Source: Candidatus Gottesmanbacteria bacterium
Lineage (GTDB): Bacteria > Patescibacteriota > Microgenomatia > 2-02-FULL-39-11
DNA length: 64,000 bases
Assembly (NCBI GenBank): GCA_016186795.1
Contig: JACPKY010000002.1
Span: forward strand, 218,593 to 282,592
Direction: 5' to 3'
Shown: positions 47,263 to 58,978 of the stretch, one piece after another
Numbering within the stretch: position 1 is the stretch's first letter
Layout: the number at the start of each line of letters is the position of its first letter
The notes under the pieces: model-generated
What the model saw: the letters and a program-made list of their open reading frames with translations, nothing else
What the model was told of the DNA's origin: nothing
Database searches by the model: none
Translations under genes and position numbers: made by a program

Positions 47263-48221
47263 GAAGCTTTTCTTAAAATTAAGTCCAAAAGTGCCATCCT
47301 CACATACAAACCATTCCGTACTTGAGTAGTTAAATAAAGACTTCGGGGATCGCTATCAACGTCAGCATGAATTTCATCAACCCGGGGTAAACAATGTAGA
47401 ATGATACTTTTTTTCTTCATTTGACGAACCATTGTCTTATCAACAATATAGCTTCCTTTAACTTGTTTATATAAACTTTCCGACATGTACTCTTTTTTTA
47501 CGCGTGTCACATACAAAACATCAACTTCTGGCAAAATATCTTGAAAATCCGAATACTCTTTAAAGGAAACTTTTTTCTTTTTCAAATATGACGTTACTTC
47601 CTCTTGCATTGGAACTTGCTTTGGAGTAGACATACTTATTTTTACGTTGGGATAGAGAGCGAGAAGTTTGGAGAGTGAATTTGTCGGTCGATAATGTGCA
47701 AGATCACCAATGAGTAAAATGTGGAGCCCATCGATTTTTCCAAAAACGTTCTCTATCGTATACGCATCAATAAGAGCTTGCGTTGGATGTTCTCCAATGC
47801 CATCTCCCGCATTAATAATCGGTTTTGCTGCATATTCTACGGCGTTTGCAATGGATCCGGGATCTGGATGACGCATGACAAGAATATCGGCATAACTGGA
47901 AAATACTCGTACTGTATCTTCTAATGTCTCGCCTTTTATAACAGATGTATGTGACATACCGTTTAATGGGATTACTCCTCCTCCTAACCTTTGCATAGCA
48001 CTAATAAAGGAAGAAAATGTTCGAGTTGAAGGTTCGTAGAATAATGCTGCTAAAATTTTGTGTTTCAATCGGTCATCGCCGCCTTTCTCCTCACAAAGAG
48101 TTCGCATTTCTTCCGCTTTCCGAAAAACAAGGGTAACATCTTCGCCGGTGAGATGTTCAACGGTAACGAAGCTTTGACTGAAAAACCTATTCATATCGTT
48201 CTCCTTTCCCAACATAATCAC
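47259..48221 (-). CDS. pyrB: Aspartate carbamoyltransferase catalytic subunit
   Basis: EPSTRTFSSF (the STRT motif), the HPTQ-like region and HCLP. Confidence 0.9.
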   Translation of the reverse strand: MIMLGKENDMNRFFSQSFVTVEHLTGEDVTLVFRKAEEMRTLCEEKGGDDRLKHKILAALFYEPSTRTFSSFISAMQRLGGGVIPLNGMSHTSVIKGETLEDTVRVFSSYADILVMRHPDPGSIANAVEYAAKPIINAGDGIGEHPTQALIDAYTIENVFGKIDGLHILLIGDLAHYRPTNSLSKLLALYPNVKISMSTPKQVPMQEEVTSYLKKKKVSFKEYSDFQDILPEVDVLYVTRVKKEYMSESLYKQVKGSYIVDKTMVRQMKKKSIILHCLPRVDEIHADVDSDPRSLYLTTQVRNGLYVRMALLDLILRKAS

Positions 48222-51200
48222 TCCATGATTTTATAGACAGTGTCTCAAGTCTATACCTTTCGAGAGCAGAAACAAATAGTGAAGCAATTGTCGCCTTCGT
48301 AAAAAGAGGCGTATTTGTATCAACTGTTGCCCTTCTGATCAAATATCCATCAGTTTCTTGCCTTTTTAGTTCTTGAATTGCAAGATCACTTCTATCTGAT
48401 AAATTGATAACCATTCCAACTTTTTTCGTCTTAATGATATCAACAACGTTTGGTCGCTTTTTCTCATGCACTTTATATACAAACGTACACGCAATACCAT
48501 TTGCCTGAAAAAACCTTGAAGTATTTTCAGTCCCGTACAACTTGAATCCTAGCTGATACAATTTTCGAGCAACGGGGAGGAGTCGATTTTTCCCTTCCTC
48601 TCCTCCAAGGGAAAAAAGCGCTCGTTTTTGCGGCATTGGAATTCCGGTTGAAAGAAGGGCTTTGAGATATGCTTCGTATAACGTATCACCAAAACACGCG
48701 ACTTCTCCTGTTGATGCCATTTCAACTCGCAAAACCGGATCTGCTTGTCGAAGTCTTGTGAAAGAAAAGTGCGGAACTTTCACTCCAAAATATTTCGGAC
48801 GGATGTAAGGGATTGCTTCAACGGTTTTCCCAAGCATTATTTTGGTTGCCATCGTTATAAAATTAATATGAAAGACTTTCGATACAAAAGGGAAACTTCG
48901 TGAAGCTCGAAGATTTGCCTCAATGACCAAAACGTGCGGAAGTCTTTCTCCGTTTTCGCTTAAAAGATACTGAATATTGAATGGCCCGTGAATCTTCAGG
49001 TGACGTGCAATTTTTTGAGATATCTCCTGAATTGATTCAAGAGAGGCAGAACCCAAAGAAAATGTTGGAAGAACGAGACTTGCATCACCAGAATGTACTC
49101 CAGAATGCTCAACATGCTCAGAAATTGCAGATACGACAATCTCTCCATTTTGAGAAACAGCATCAAAATCTATCTCTTTGGCACCGCGGATAAACTTTGA
49201 AATAACGATCGGATATTCAGGATTAACTTCGGTTGATGCTTGATTCAAATACTCGGTTAACTGTTTTTGAGAATATGCCACCATCATCGCTTTTCCAGAT
49301 AGAACATAGGATGGACGTACTAAAACTGGATACCCAATTCTTTCAGAGAATGTCAACGCATCCGCTTTTGTGGTTAACCGCTTCCATTGTGGTTGATCGA
49401 TACCAAGTCGATCCAATAGCGCTGAGAACTTCTCCCGATCTTCTGCGTTATCAATTGATTCTGGTTTTGTTCCCAGAAGTTTTACGCCACTACCTGCCAG
49501 TTTTGGTGCTAGCGTGTTTGGAATCTGTCCGCCGACGGAAACAATAAAAGGGCATTTTTCCTTATCTGCAATATCAAGAATTCTTTCAAGCGTTAGTTCT
49601 TCAAAATAGAGTTTATTTGAAATATCATAGTCAGTCGAAACCGTTTCTGGATTTGAGTTGATCATGATCGGAGAAAATCCAAGCTTTTTGGCGGTTAGAA
49701 CACTATTGACAGCACACCAGTCAAACTCAACGGAAGAACCTATCTGATATGGACCACCGCCTATTATCGCCACTTGGTTTCTTTCACCTGTTTCAATATC
49801 ATCACGGATCCGATGATAGGAAAGATATAAGTAATTTGTCTTTGCAGGAAACTCACCAGCGAGAGTATCAATCTGACATACGTGCGGTACTATTTCCCAA
49901 TCTTTCCGTACTTTCCTTACGTCTCTCGGCCTTTTCCCAAACACCTTTCCAATTTGCTTGTCAGAAAAGCCGGATTGTTTCAATTCTCGCAGGAAAAGAG
50001 GAGTCAAGGCCTTTGTCGAAAGCATTTTCTTATAGAGGGAAACTATGCTGGCAATTCTTTCGATAAACCATCTGTCGATTCCTGTTGCCTTGGTAATTTC
50101 TTCAGCTTTCTGTCCGTAAAAAAGATTGAAGGCAATATTATAGATCCGTGCTGGTGTCGGACGAAGATCTTTCAACGGTGGCTTCCCGCTCGTTACAAAT
50201 TCTTGAGAAAGATCATCCGAAATAACACCTTCATATTCAAGGTCGAGAGACCGAATTCCTTTCTGTATTGCCTCTTCAAACGTCCTTCCAATCGCCATAA
50301 CCTCACCAACGCTTTGCATCTCGCTTCCAATTGTTTCGTTCATGTCCTTAAACTTGAGAAAATCCCACCGCGGAATTTTAACAACGACATAATCAAGAGC
50401 AGGCTCAAAGAATGCGCGTGTAGCTTTTGTTACTTGATTTTGAATTTCAGAAAGGTTAAAGCCTACGGCAAGTTTTGCAGCGATGTACGCAAGAGGGTAC
50501 CCAGTTGCTTTCGATGCTAGTGCAGACGATCTTGATAGTCTGGCATTTACTTCTATGATCCGGTAATCTCCATTGTCAGGACTCAAAGCATACTGAATAT
50601 TACATTCCCCAACAATTGGGAGTTCAGAAACAATTTTGATCGCAATTTCACGAAGTCGGTGATATTCTTCGTTCGTTAATGTTTGAGATGGAGCAACGAC
50701 AATTGACTCACCTGTGTGAATTCCCATTGGATCGAAATTTTCCATATTACAAACAGTGATCGTGTTATTGTAACGATCACGAACCACTTCATATTCAATT
50801 TCCTTCCAATGCTCTAAATACTCCTCTACCAAAATTTGTGGTGCTTGTGAAAGAGCACTTTTTGCTATTTTTGTAAGTTCTTCACGTCTCCTGGCAACTC
50901 CAGAACCTAATCCTCCAAGTGAATAGCCAGCACGAACAATTACCGGAAACTGACAGGTTGATCTTACTTTCTCCACGTCTTTCATTGTCCGGCAAAGTCG
51001 ACTTACCGGAACTTTAAATCCCAAAGACTCGATTGTTTTACGAAATTTCAATCTATCTTCCGTCTTATCAACTGCCGAAACAGGTGTCCCCAAAACAGAG
51101 ACGTTATATTTTTTAAATACTCCACGTTTATGAAGATCTAATCCACAATTGAGGGCTGTTTGACCTCCGAAGCCAAGTAAAATACCATCCGGTTTTTCGT

Positions 51201-51444
51201 TCGCTATGACTTTTTCAACAAAATACGGTGTAACAGGTAAAAAATATATTTGATCAACGAGAGAAGAAGATGTCTGGATTGTCGCGATATTCGGATTTAT
51301 GAGGATGGTTTTAATTCCTTCTTCACGGAGAGCCTTTGCTGCTTGAGATCCCGAATAATCAAATTCCCCCGCTTCTCCAATTTTTAAAGCTCCGCTCCCC
51401 AGAACAATAACTTTTTTATACTTTTTTATGTAATTTTTAGCCAT
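48187..51444 (-). CDS. carB: Carbamoyl-phosphate synthase large subunit
   Basis: Duplicated ATP-grasp halves (KKVIVLGSGALKIGEAGEFDYSG...; second half QVAIIGGGPYQIGSSVEFDW) and a C-terminal MGS-like domain. Start taken at the internal Met MAKNY. Confidence 0.95.
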   Translation of the reverse strand: MAKNYIKKYKKVIVLGSGALKIGEAGEFDYSGSQAAKALREEGIKTILINPNIATIQTSSSLVDQIYFLPVTPYFVEKVIANEKPDGILLGFGGQTALNCGLDLHKRGVFKKYNVSVLGTPVSAVDKTEDRLKFRKTIESLGFKVPVSRLCRTMKDVEKVRSTCQFPVIVRAGYSLGGLGSGVARRREELTKIAKSALSQAPQILVEEYLEHWKEIEYEVVRDRYNNTITVCNMENFDPMGIHTGESIVVAPSQTLTNEEYHRLREIAIKIVSELPIVGECNIQYALSPDNGDYRIIEVNARLSRSSALASKATGYPLAYIAAKLAVGFNLSEIQNQVTKATRAFFEPALDYVVVKIPRWDFLKFKDMNETIGSEMQSVGEVMAIGRTFEEAIQKGIRSLDLEYEGVISDDLSQEFVTSGKPPLKDLRPTPARIYNIAFNLFYGQKAEEITKATGIDRWFIERIASIVSLYKKMLSTKALTPLFLRELKQSGFSDKQIGKVFGKRPRDVRKVRKDWEIVPHVCQIDTLAGEFPAKTNYLYLSYHRIRDDIETGERNQVAIIGGGPYQIGSSVEFDWCAVNSVLTAKKLGFSPIMINSNPETVSTDYDISNKLYFEELTLERILDIADKEKCPFIVSVGGQIPNTLAPKLAGSGVKLLGTKPESIDNAEDREKFSALLDRLGIDQPQWKRLTTKADALTFSERIGYPVLVRPSYVLSGKAMMVAYSQKQLTEYLNQASTEVNPEYPIVISKFIRGAKEIDFDAVSQNGEIVVSAISEHVEHSGVHSGDASLVLPTFSLGSASLESIQEISQKIARHLKIHGPFNIQYLLSENGERLPHVLVIEANLRASRSFPFVSKVFHINFITMATKIMLGKTVEAIPYIRPKYFGVKVPHFSFTRLRQADPVLRVEMASTGEVACFGDTLYEAYLKALLSTGIPMPQKRALFSLGGEEGKNRLLPVARKLYQLGFKLYGTENTSRFFQANGIACTFVYKVHEKKRPNVVDIIKTKKVGMVINLSDRSDLAIQELKRQETDGYLIRRATVDTNTPLFTKATIASLFVSALERYRLETLSIKSWSDYVGKGERYE

Positions 51445-52526
51445 CGCTTTGCTTCGTTGACAAAATAATGAAACAACCACTCTGTGTCGGTAGGTCCAGG
51501 ATTTGCTTCCGGATGAAACTGAACGGCAAAAAAAGGAAATTTCTCATGTCGTATACCCTCATTGGTATTATCGTTCAGATTGATAAACCATATATTCCAG
51601 TCAGAAGGCAGAGATCTTTCCACCACTGAATACCCATGGTTATGGGAGGTAATATAACACTTTCCGCTGACTATATCTTTGACCGGCTGATTCTGTCCCC
51701 GATGGCCGTATTTCAATTTATAAATATCACCTCCAGCAGCCAAAGCAAGTAATTGCTGCCCCAGGCAAATTCCAAATGTAGGGATTTTTCTCTTGAGAAT
51801 TTCTTTCAGACTTCTTATGGTTTCGGGCATGGTTCTGGCATCACCCGGACCATTGGATACAAAAACTGCATCAAAGTCAGTTTCTTCTTTCAGCGGGTCG
51901 AAGTTCCAGGGTACACGGATGATAGTTGTATCATAACGTAAAAAAATTCGTATCTGATTTAACTTCAAGCCACAATCATAAAAAAGAATTTTCAGCTTGC
52001 CGTTACCATAAACTGTTTTTTCTTTCGTACTTACATAGGAGACAAGATTATCGCGGTTGATGTCATAAAAAGTAAACCCCGATAAATTTCGGGGTTTTTC
52101 AAATGTCATAATAGCGTTCATTACGCCCTTTTCTCGGAGAATCTTGGTAAGAGTCCGAGTATCTATCCCTGACAAAGCCGGTATATTTTCTTTTTTTAAC
52201 CAGGAAGAGAGAGACTCACTTGACTGCCAATGGCTGGCGTTTTGTACATAAGAAGACATCACCAAACCTCTGATTTGAATTTTTTCCGATTCAAAATGAG
52301 CAAGGAGTTGAAGTTTTTTACGACGTGCCGGTACTCCGTAATTACCAATGAGAGGATACGTCATTGTCAGAATCTGCCCGTAGTATGAGGGATCCGTAAA
52401 ACTTTCAGGATAACCTGTCATCCCTGTACTAAAAACAGCTTCTCCCTCGATATATCGTTCCGATCCCAAAGAATCACCTTCAAAAATTTGGCCGTTTTCA
52501 AGTATCAAATATCCTTTTTTGCCCAT
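51426..52526 (-). CDS. carA: Carbamoyl-phosphate synthase small subunit (glutamine amidotransferase)
   Basis: Class I GATase triad context GICLGQQLLALAAGG plus His/Glu near the C-terminus. N-terminal CarA-specific domain. Confidence 0.9.
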   Translation of the reverse strand: MGKKGYLILENGQIFEGDSLGSERYIEGEAVFSTGMTGYPESFTDPSYYGQILTMTYPLIGNYGVPARRKKLQLLAHFESEKIQIRGLVMSSYVQNASHWQSSESLSSWLKKENIPALSGIDTRTLTKILREKGVMNAIMTFEKPRNLSGFTFYDINRDNLVSYVSTKEKTVYGNGKLKILFYDCGLKLNQIRIFLRYDTTIIRVPWNFDPLKEETDFDAVFVSNGPGDARTMPETIRSLKEILKRKIPTFGICLGQQLLALAAGGDIYKLKYGHRGQNQPVKDIVSGKCYITSHNHGYSVVERSLPSDWNIWFINLNDNTNEGIRHEKFPFFAVQFHPEANPGPTDTEWLFHYFVNEAKRWLKIT

Positions 52527-52564
52527 AAAAAAACCCCTCGTTTTTCTTTCAGGATTTATTTGCT

Positions 52565-52593
52565 ATTATACACGTTTATTCTTTTTCATACAA
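52565..52593 (-). promoter_or_regulatory. Candidate internal promoter for carA (TTGTAT, 17-nt spacer, TATAAT on the minus strand)
   Basis: On the minus strand the -35 TTGTAT is at 52588-52593, the spacer is 17 nt and the -10 TATAAT is at 52565-52570, about 38 nt upstream of the carA ATG. Confidence 0.35.
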
Positions 52594-52606
52594 CGACCGT
52601 GGCTGT

Positions 52607-53038
52607 CTATGAAACTGACGGAAGGTGTTTTTGGGTTCGCCTTCGGTGAAGAACTTTCAATGCAATAACTGACCTGCGAAATGCAGCCTGTGCTTCAAGA
52701 TAATCTTTCTCTTCAGTTTTTTCTTTCAACGCTTCTTCGGCTCTTTTTTTTGCGGTTAAAACTTCCTGCTCATTCATTTCATCTGAGTTATAGGCAGAAG
52801 TCACAAGGATAGTTACTTTCTGGTTCGTCACTTGAACAAATCCTCCTCCTATTGCAAAATATGTCTCTTCTTTCCCCTTTTTGATTATAAGTTCTCCTTC
52901 AATAAGACGTGAAAAAAGTGGCATGTGGTGAGCAAGTATTCCAATAATTCCTGATGCGGATGGAGCAGTTACCATTGAAACCTGATCGCTATAAGCAACT
53001 TGCGAAGGAGTAATAATCTCAAGTAAAAATTCTGTCAT
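52607..53038 (-). CDS. atpC: F-type ATP synthase epsilon subunit
   Basis: LEIITPSQVAYSDQVSMVTAPSASGIIGILAHHMPL, with a beta-sandwich N-terminus and a helical C-terminus. Confidence 0.85.
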   Translation of the reverse strand: MTEFLLEIITPSQVAYSDQVSMVTAPSASGIIGILAHHMPLFSRLIEGELIIKKGKEETYFAIGGGFVQVTNQKVTILVTSAYNSDEMNEQEVLTAKKRAEEALKEKTEEKDYLEAQAAFRRSVIALKVLHRRRTQKHLPSVS

Positions 53039-53048
53039 AGTTTTTCTT

Positions 53049-55296
<2,248 letters not shown>

Positions 55297-55298
55297 AG

Positions 55299-56804
55299 TT
55301 AAAGTGTTTTTTTGAAATCTTCAATTGCTTTTTTTAGACGTACAATTGTATCATCTGATAATTTCTGCTCTTTGGCGATAGTTTGGAGAAGTTTCCTATG
55401 GATTGATTCTATATATTCAAGGAAATGCTCCTCAAACTCTGAAATTTTACTTACAGGCAAGTCATCAAGGTATCCACTTGAACCAGCAAAAAGAAGTACA
55501 ACCTGTTTTTCAACCGCAAGTGGTTCATACTGTTTTTGCTTCAAAAGCTCTACCATTCGTGCTCCACGATCAATTTGGGAACGGGTAGCTTGATCAAGAT
55601 CTGCCGCAAATTGTGCAAACGCGGCCAAAGAACGATACTGGGCAAGATCAAGCCGTAACTTTCCAGCAACTTGCTTCATCGCCTTTACTTGTGCATTCCC
55701 CCCTACCCTTGATACCGAAATTCCCACATTAATTGCAGGCCTGATACCCGCATAAAATAGATCTGATTCAAGAAATATTTGGCCATCAGTAATTGATATT
55801 ACATTTGTTGGAATATAGGCAGACATATCGCCCGCCTGGGTCTCAATGATAGGAAGAGCGGTAAGGGATCCTCCACCATACTTATCCGTGAGGCGACATG
55901 CTCTTTCCAAAAGTCGACTATGGAGATAGAAAACATCTCCCGGGTAGGCTTCACGACCTGAAGGTCGGCGTAAAATAAGAGAAATTTGTCGATACGCCCA
56001 TGCATGTTTTGAAAGATCATCGTAAATGACGCAAACATTTTTCCCTTTATCCATGAAGTACTCACCAATAGCACATCCTGTATACGGAGCAATAAATTGA
56101 AGTGATGCTGGATCAGAAGCATTGGCGGCAACAACAATCGTGTGATCCATTGCTCCCTTTTTCTGCAACGTATCGATTACCTGCGCAACGCGGGAAGTTT
56201 TTTGACCAATCGCAACGTAAATGCAAAGGACATTTTTCCCTTTCTGATTGATGATCGTATCCAAGACAAGAGCGGTTTTCCCTGTCCCTCGATCACCAAT
56301 GATGAGTTCCCGCTGGCCAAGACCAATTGGGATCATTGCATCAATTGCTTTAATCCCAGTCTGAAGTGGTGTATTTACCGGCTGACGTCGCACCACCCCG
56401 GGAGCAATTTTTTCTATTGGGTAGAATGTTTTTGTCGATATTTCTGCTTTCCCATCAAGGGACACACCAAGAGGATTTATTACTCTCCCGATTAAGGAAT
56501 CTGAAACTCCAATTGAGAGAAGTCGGCCAGTTCCTTTCACCGTATCTCCCTGACTGATCTTTTGGTACTCTCCCAAGACAATAGCTCCCACTTCATCCTC
56601 TTCGAGGTTAATGGCAAGACCCATGATATTTCCCGGAAACTCAACCATTTCTGAGTAGGCAAGGTCTTTAAGTCCCGCGATTCGTACAGCACCATCGCCT
56701 ATTGCGACAACTGAACCGGTAAAACCAGATTCTATTTTGGGAGAATATGATTTCAGTTTTTTTAAAATTTCCTGTGCAATAAGACTCGAGGACTTTTTTT
56801 CCAT
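55299..56804 (-). CDS. atpA: F-type ATP synthase alpha subunit
   Basis: [16 protein letters not shown]-loop. 501 aa. Confidence 0.95.
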   Translation of the reverse strand: MEKKSSSLIAQEILKKLKSYSPKIESGFTGSVVAIGDGAVRIAGLKDLAYSEMVEFPGNIMGLAINLEEDEVGAIVLGEYQKISQGDTVKGTGRLLSIGVSDSLIGRVINPLGVSLDGKAEISTKTFYPIEKIAPGVVRRQPVNTPLQTGIKAIDAMIPIGLGQRELIIGDRGTGKTALVLDTIINQKGKNVLCIYVAIGQKTSRVAQVIDTLQKKGAMDHTIVVAANASDPASLQFIAPYTGCAIGEYFMDKGKNVCVIYDDLSKHAWAYRQISLILRRPSGREAYPGDVFYLHSRLLERACRLTDKYGGGSLTALPIIETQAGDMSAYIPTNVISITDGQIFLESDLFYAGIRPAINVGISVSRVGGNAQVKAMKQVAGKLRLDLAQYRSLAAFAQFAADLDQATRSQIDRGARMVELLKQKQYEPLAVEKQVVLLFAGSSGYLDDLPVSKISEFEEHFLEYIESIHRKLLQTIAKEQKLSDDTIVRLKKAIEDFKKTL

Positions 56805-56807
56805 AGG

Positions 56808-57161
56808 TTAGTACGAGAGCAATTGACGTTTCAATAGTTGTAACTCCGAGGCAATACTTGCATCAAGATACCAATCTCCAACACGAAGAGTAAATCCACC
56901 AATAAGATTTTTATCAACATGAACCTCAAGTGGGACACTAACATTAAGCGTTGTCTTGATAAACTTATTAACTGATGCAATCTGATCAGACGTAAGCTTT
57001 ATGGGAGAGGTTATGATAGCGCGATCTGCACCTTTTGCCTTTTGTTCTTCCTTTTTAAAATTTTTTGTAACCTCTCCTAGTAATTTCTCTTGTCCAGAGT
57101 CTTTCAGATAATCAACTACCGCCGCAACAACTTGCTTCGATTTTTTCGTAATGCTCTTCAT
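56808..57161 (-). CDS. atpH: F-type ATP synthase delta (OSCP) subunit, short form lacking the N-terminal domain
   Basis: C-terminal NLIGGFTLRVGDWYLDASIASELQLLKRQL matches the OSCP C-terminal domain. Only 117 aa versus the typical ~180. Confidence 0.65.
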   Translation of the reverse strand: MKSITKKSKQVVAAVVDYLKDSGQEKLLGEVTKNFKKEEQKAKGADRAIITSPIKLTSDQIASVNKFIKTTLNVSVPLEVHVDKNLIGGFTLRVGDWYLDASIASELQLLKRQLLSY

Positions 57162-57163
57162 GT

Positions 57164-57661
57164 TTATTTCATTCCGTGGATGACCTTTTTGAGTTTTTTG
57201 TCAATAATCATTTTCTGATCGGTTGAAGATAGTACATCGCTTAGAGCTCTCCCCGCTACTTCAACTGCTATTTCTACCATTTGTTTCTGGAGATGTGTTT
57301 CCATTTCTTTGCGCTCTATCTCCACATCCCTTTTCCCTTTTTCAACAATTTCTTTTGCTTCGCCGGAAGCTTTTGCAATTATCTCATCGGCAACTTTCTT
57401 ACCCGATATCTTGCCCTCCTCGATAATTGACCGCACTTCTTTTTTTGCCTCATCCAGAAGTTCTCCTTTCTTCTTTTCTACTTTCTCCAACTCAAGCTTT
57501 ACTTTCTCTGTATAGTTCAATCCTTCTTCAATTTTTTTCCTTCTTTCCTCAAGAGCTTTCATAATAGGCTTGTATAAAAGCTTTTGTAACACAAAAAGCA
57601 TGATGAGAAAATTTATTGCCTGTGTTAGAAGCTGAACTGGCTGTATACCTAAATTTTCCAT
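57164..57661 (-). CDS. atpF: F-type ATP synthase subunit b
   Basis: N-terminal TM helix (LLTQAINFLIMLFVLQKLLY), then a long charged coiled-coil. Position between atpE and atpH. Confidence 0.75.
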   Translation of the reverse strand: MENLGIQPVQLLTQAINFLIMLFVLQKLLYKPIMKALEERRKKIEEGLNYTEKVKLELEKVEKKKGELLDEAKKEVRSIIEEGKISGKKVADEIIAKASGEAKEIVEKGKRDVEIERKEMETHLQKQMVEIAVEVAGRALSDVLSSTDQKMIIDKKLKKVIHGMK

Positions 57662-57685
57662 AGAATCGAAATGTACATGGTACTT

Positions 57686-57913
<228 letters not shown>

Positions 57914-57928
57914 CTATTTTCACCTCCT

Positions 57929-58669
57929 TTAATGACTCTCTTTCACCGTTGCTAATGATAAAAATACTGCGGTGAGCATTGCAAAAACCATTGCTTGTAT
58001 AAATCCAACAAATAATTCTAAGCCTAAAAAGGGAAGTGGTGCCAAGAGAGGCACAAAAAATGCTATCACGGTAAGAAGCACTTCTCCCGCGAAAACGTTT
58101 CCAAATAAACGGAATGAGTAAGAAACGATTCTAGAAAGCTCTGATATCAATTCAAGAATACCAACAAAGAAATATATTGGGTTTGAAAAGTTGAAAAATT
58201 TTTTGAGGTAGGATAATCCCAAAGCGGAAATGCCAGCATACTCAATATACACAAACGTGATGAGTGCAAGTGCAAGTGTCGTGTTTAAATCTGCCGTACC
58301 AGCTCGAAAGAGTGGAATGAACTCTACTTCCCCGTGCGTTATTTTTTCCAAACCAATTGTGCCCACTCCAGGAAGCAACCCCACCCAATTCATCAAGATG
58401 ATAAAGAAAAAAAGTGTTGCAAGAAAAGGGTAAAACCGTCTGGTTTTCTCTCCCAAAACACTTTCGAAAAGTGTAAACAACCCTTCAACTGCTATTTCAA
58501 AGATGGACTGAAGGACTCCGGGGATTGCAATAATCTTCGACCGAACGATTAGTGCCAAACTAGTAAGAACTACCATAACAAGCCAGGTAGTCAAAAGCGA
58601 GTTAGTAACAGGAAGAAATGTCCCTATCTGGGTAATTGTCTCGGCCGATAGTGAAATATGGATACCCAT
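57929..58669 (-). CDS. atpB: F-type ATP synthase subunit a
   Basis: Polytopic, with the conserved Arg-containing helix (SFRLFGNVFAGE). Precedes atpE. Confidence 0.85.
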   Translation of the reverse strand: MGIHISLSAETITQIGTFLPVTNSLLTTWLVMVVLTSLALIVRSKIIAIPGVLQSIFEIAVEGLFTLFESVLGEKTRRFYPFLATLFFFIILMNWVGLLPGVGTIGLEKITHGEVEFIPLFRAGTADLNTTLALALITFVYIEYAGISALGLSYLKKFFNFSNPIYFFVGILELISELSRIVSYSFRLFGNVFAGEVLLTVIAFFVPLLAPLPFLGLELFVGFIQAMVFAMLTAVFLSLATVKESH

Positions 58670-58672
58670 CTT

Positions 58673-58969
58673 TTACTCGTTTTCCAATTCTTTCAATATT
58701 TTATAAATACTATACCCTCCGATGAATAATCCCAAAAAAAGAAAAAACAACGTCATTCGGGGACTTGTCTGGAGTCGTCTGTCAACAATACTACCAATGA
58801 TGGCTCCACCTACAAGCGGAACGGACATCGAAAAACCGACACTGCCGGCCAATGAAAGTATATGATTTGTATCTCCGCGAGCTTTTTTGTACTTCTTACT
58901 CTTCAGCCCACTATCGAACTGGACGATCCAGTCATTGACTGTTTTTTCGATTTTTTTGTTCTTTTCCAT
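58673..58969 (-). CDS. AtpZ/AtpI-like small membrane protein (putative F0 assembly / ATPase gene 1 protein)
   Basis: ILSLAGSVGFSMSVPLVGGAIIGSIVDRRLQTSP, then a second TM helix. This resembles the ATPase_gene1 family 'G...DkwlgTsP' motif. Located immediately upstream of atpB. Confidence 0.55.
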   Translation of the reverse strand: MEKNKKIEKTVNDWIVQFDSGLKSKKYKKARGDTNHILSLAGSVGFSMSVPLVGGAIIGSIVDRRLQTSPRMTLFFLFLGLFIGGYSIYKILKELENE

Positions 58970-58978
58970 ATTGTAAAT

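Noticed and set aside
48981-50520. Several plus-strand ORFs of 70-212 aa (48981-49193, 49233-49547, 49749-50066, 49882-50520)
   Set aside because: They lie antisense inside carB, whose minus-strand reading frame has unambiguous duplicated ATP-grasp homology over its full length. Their translations are low-complexity with no motifs.
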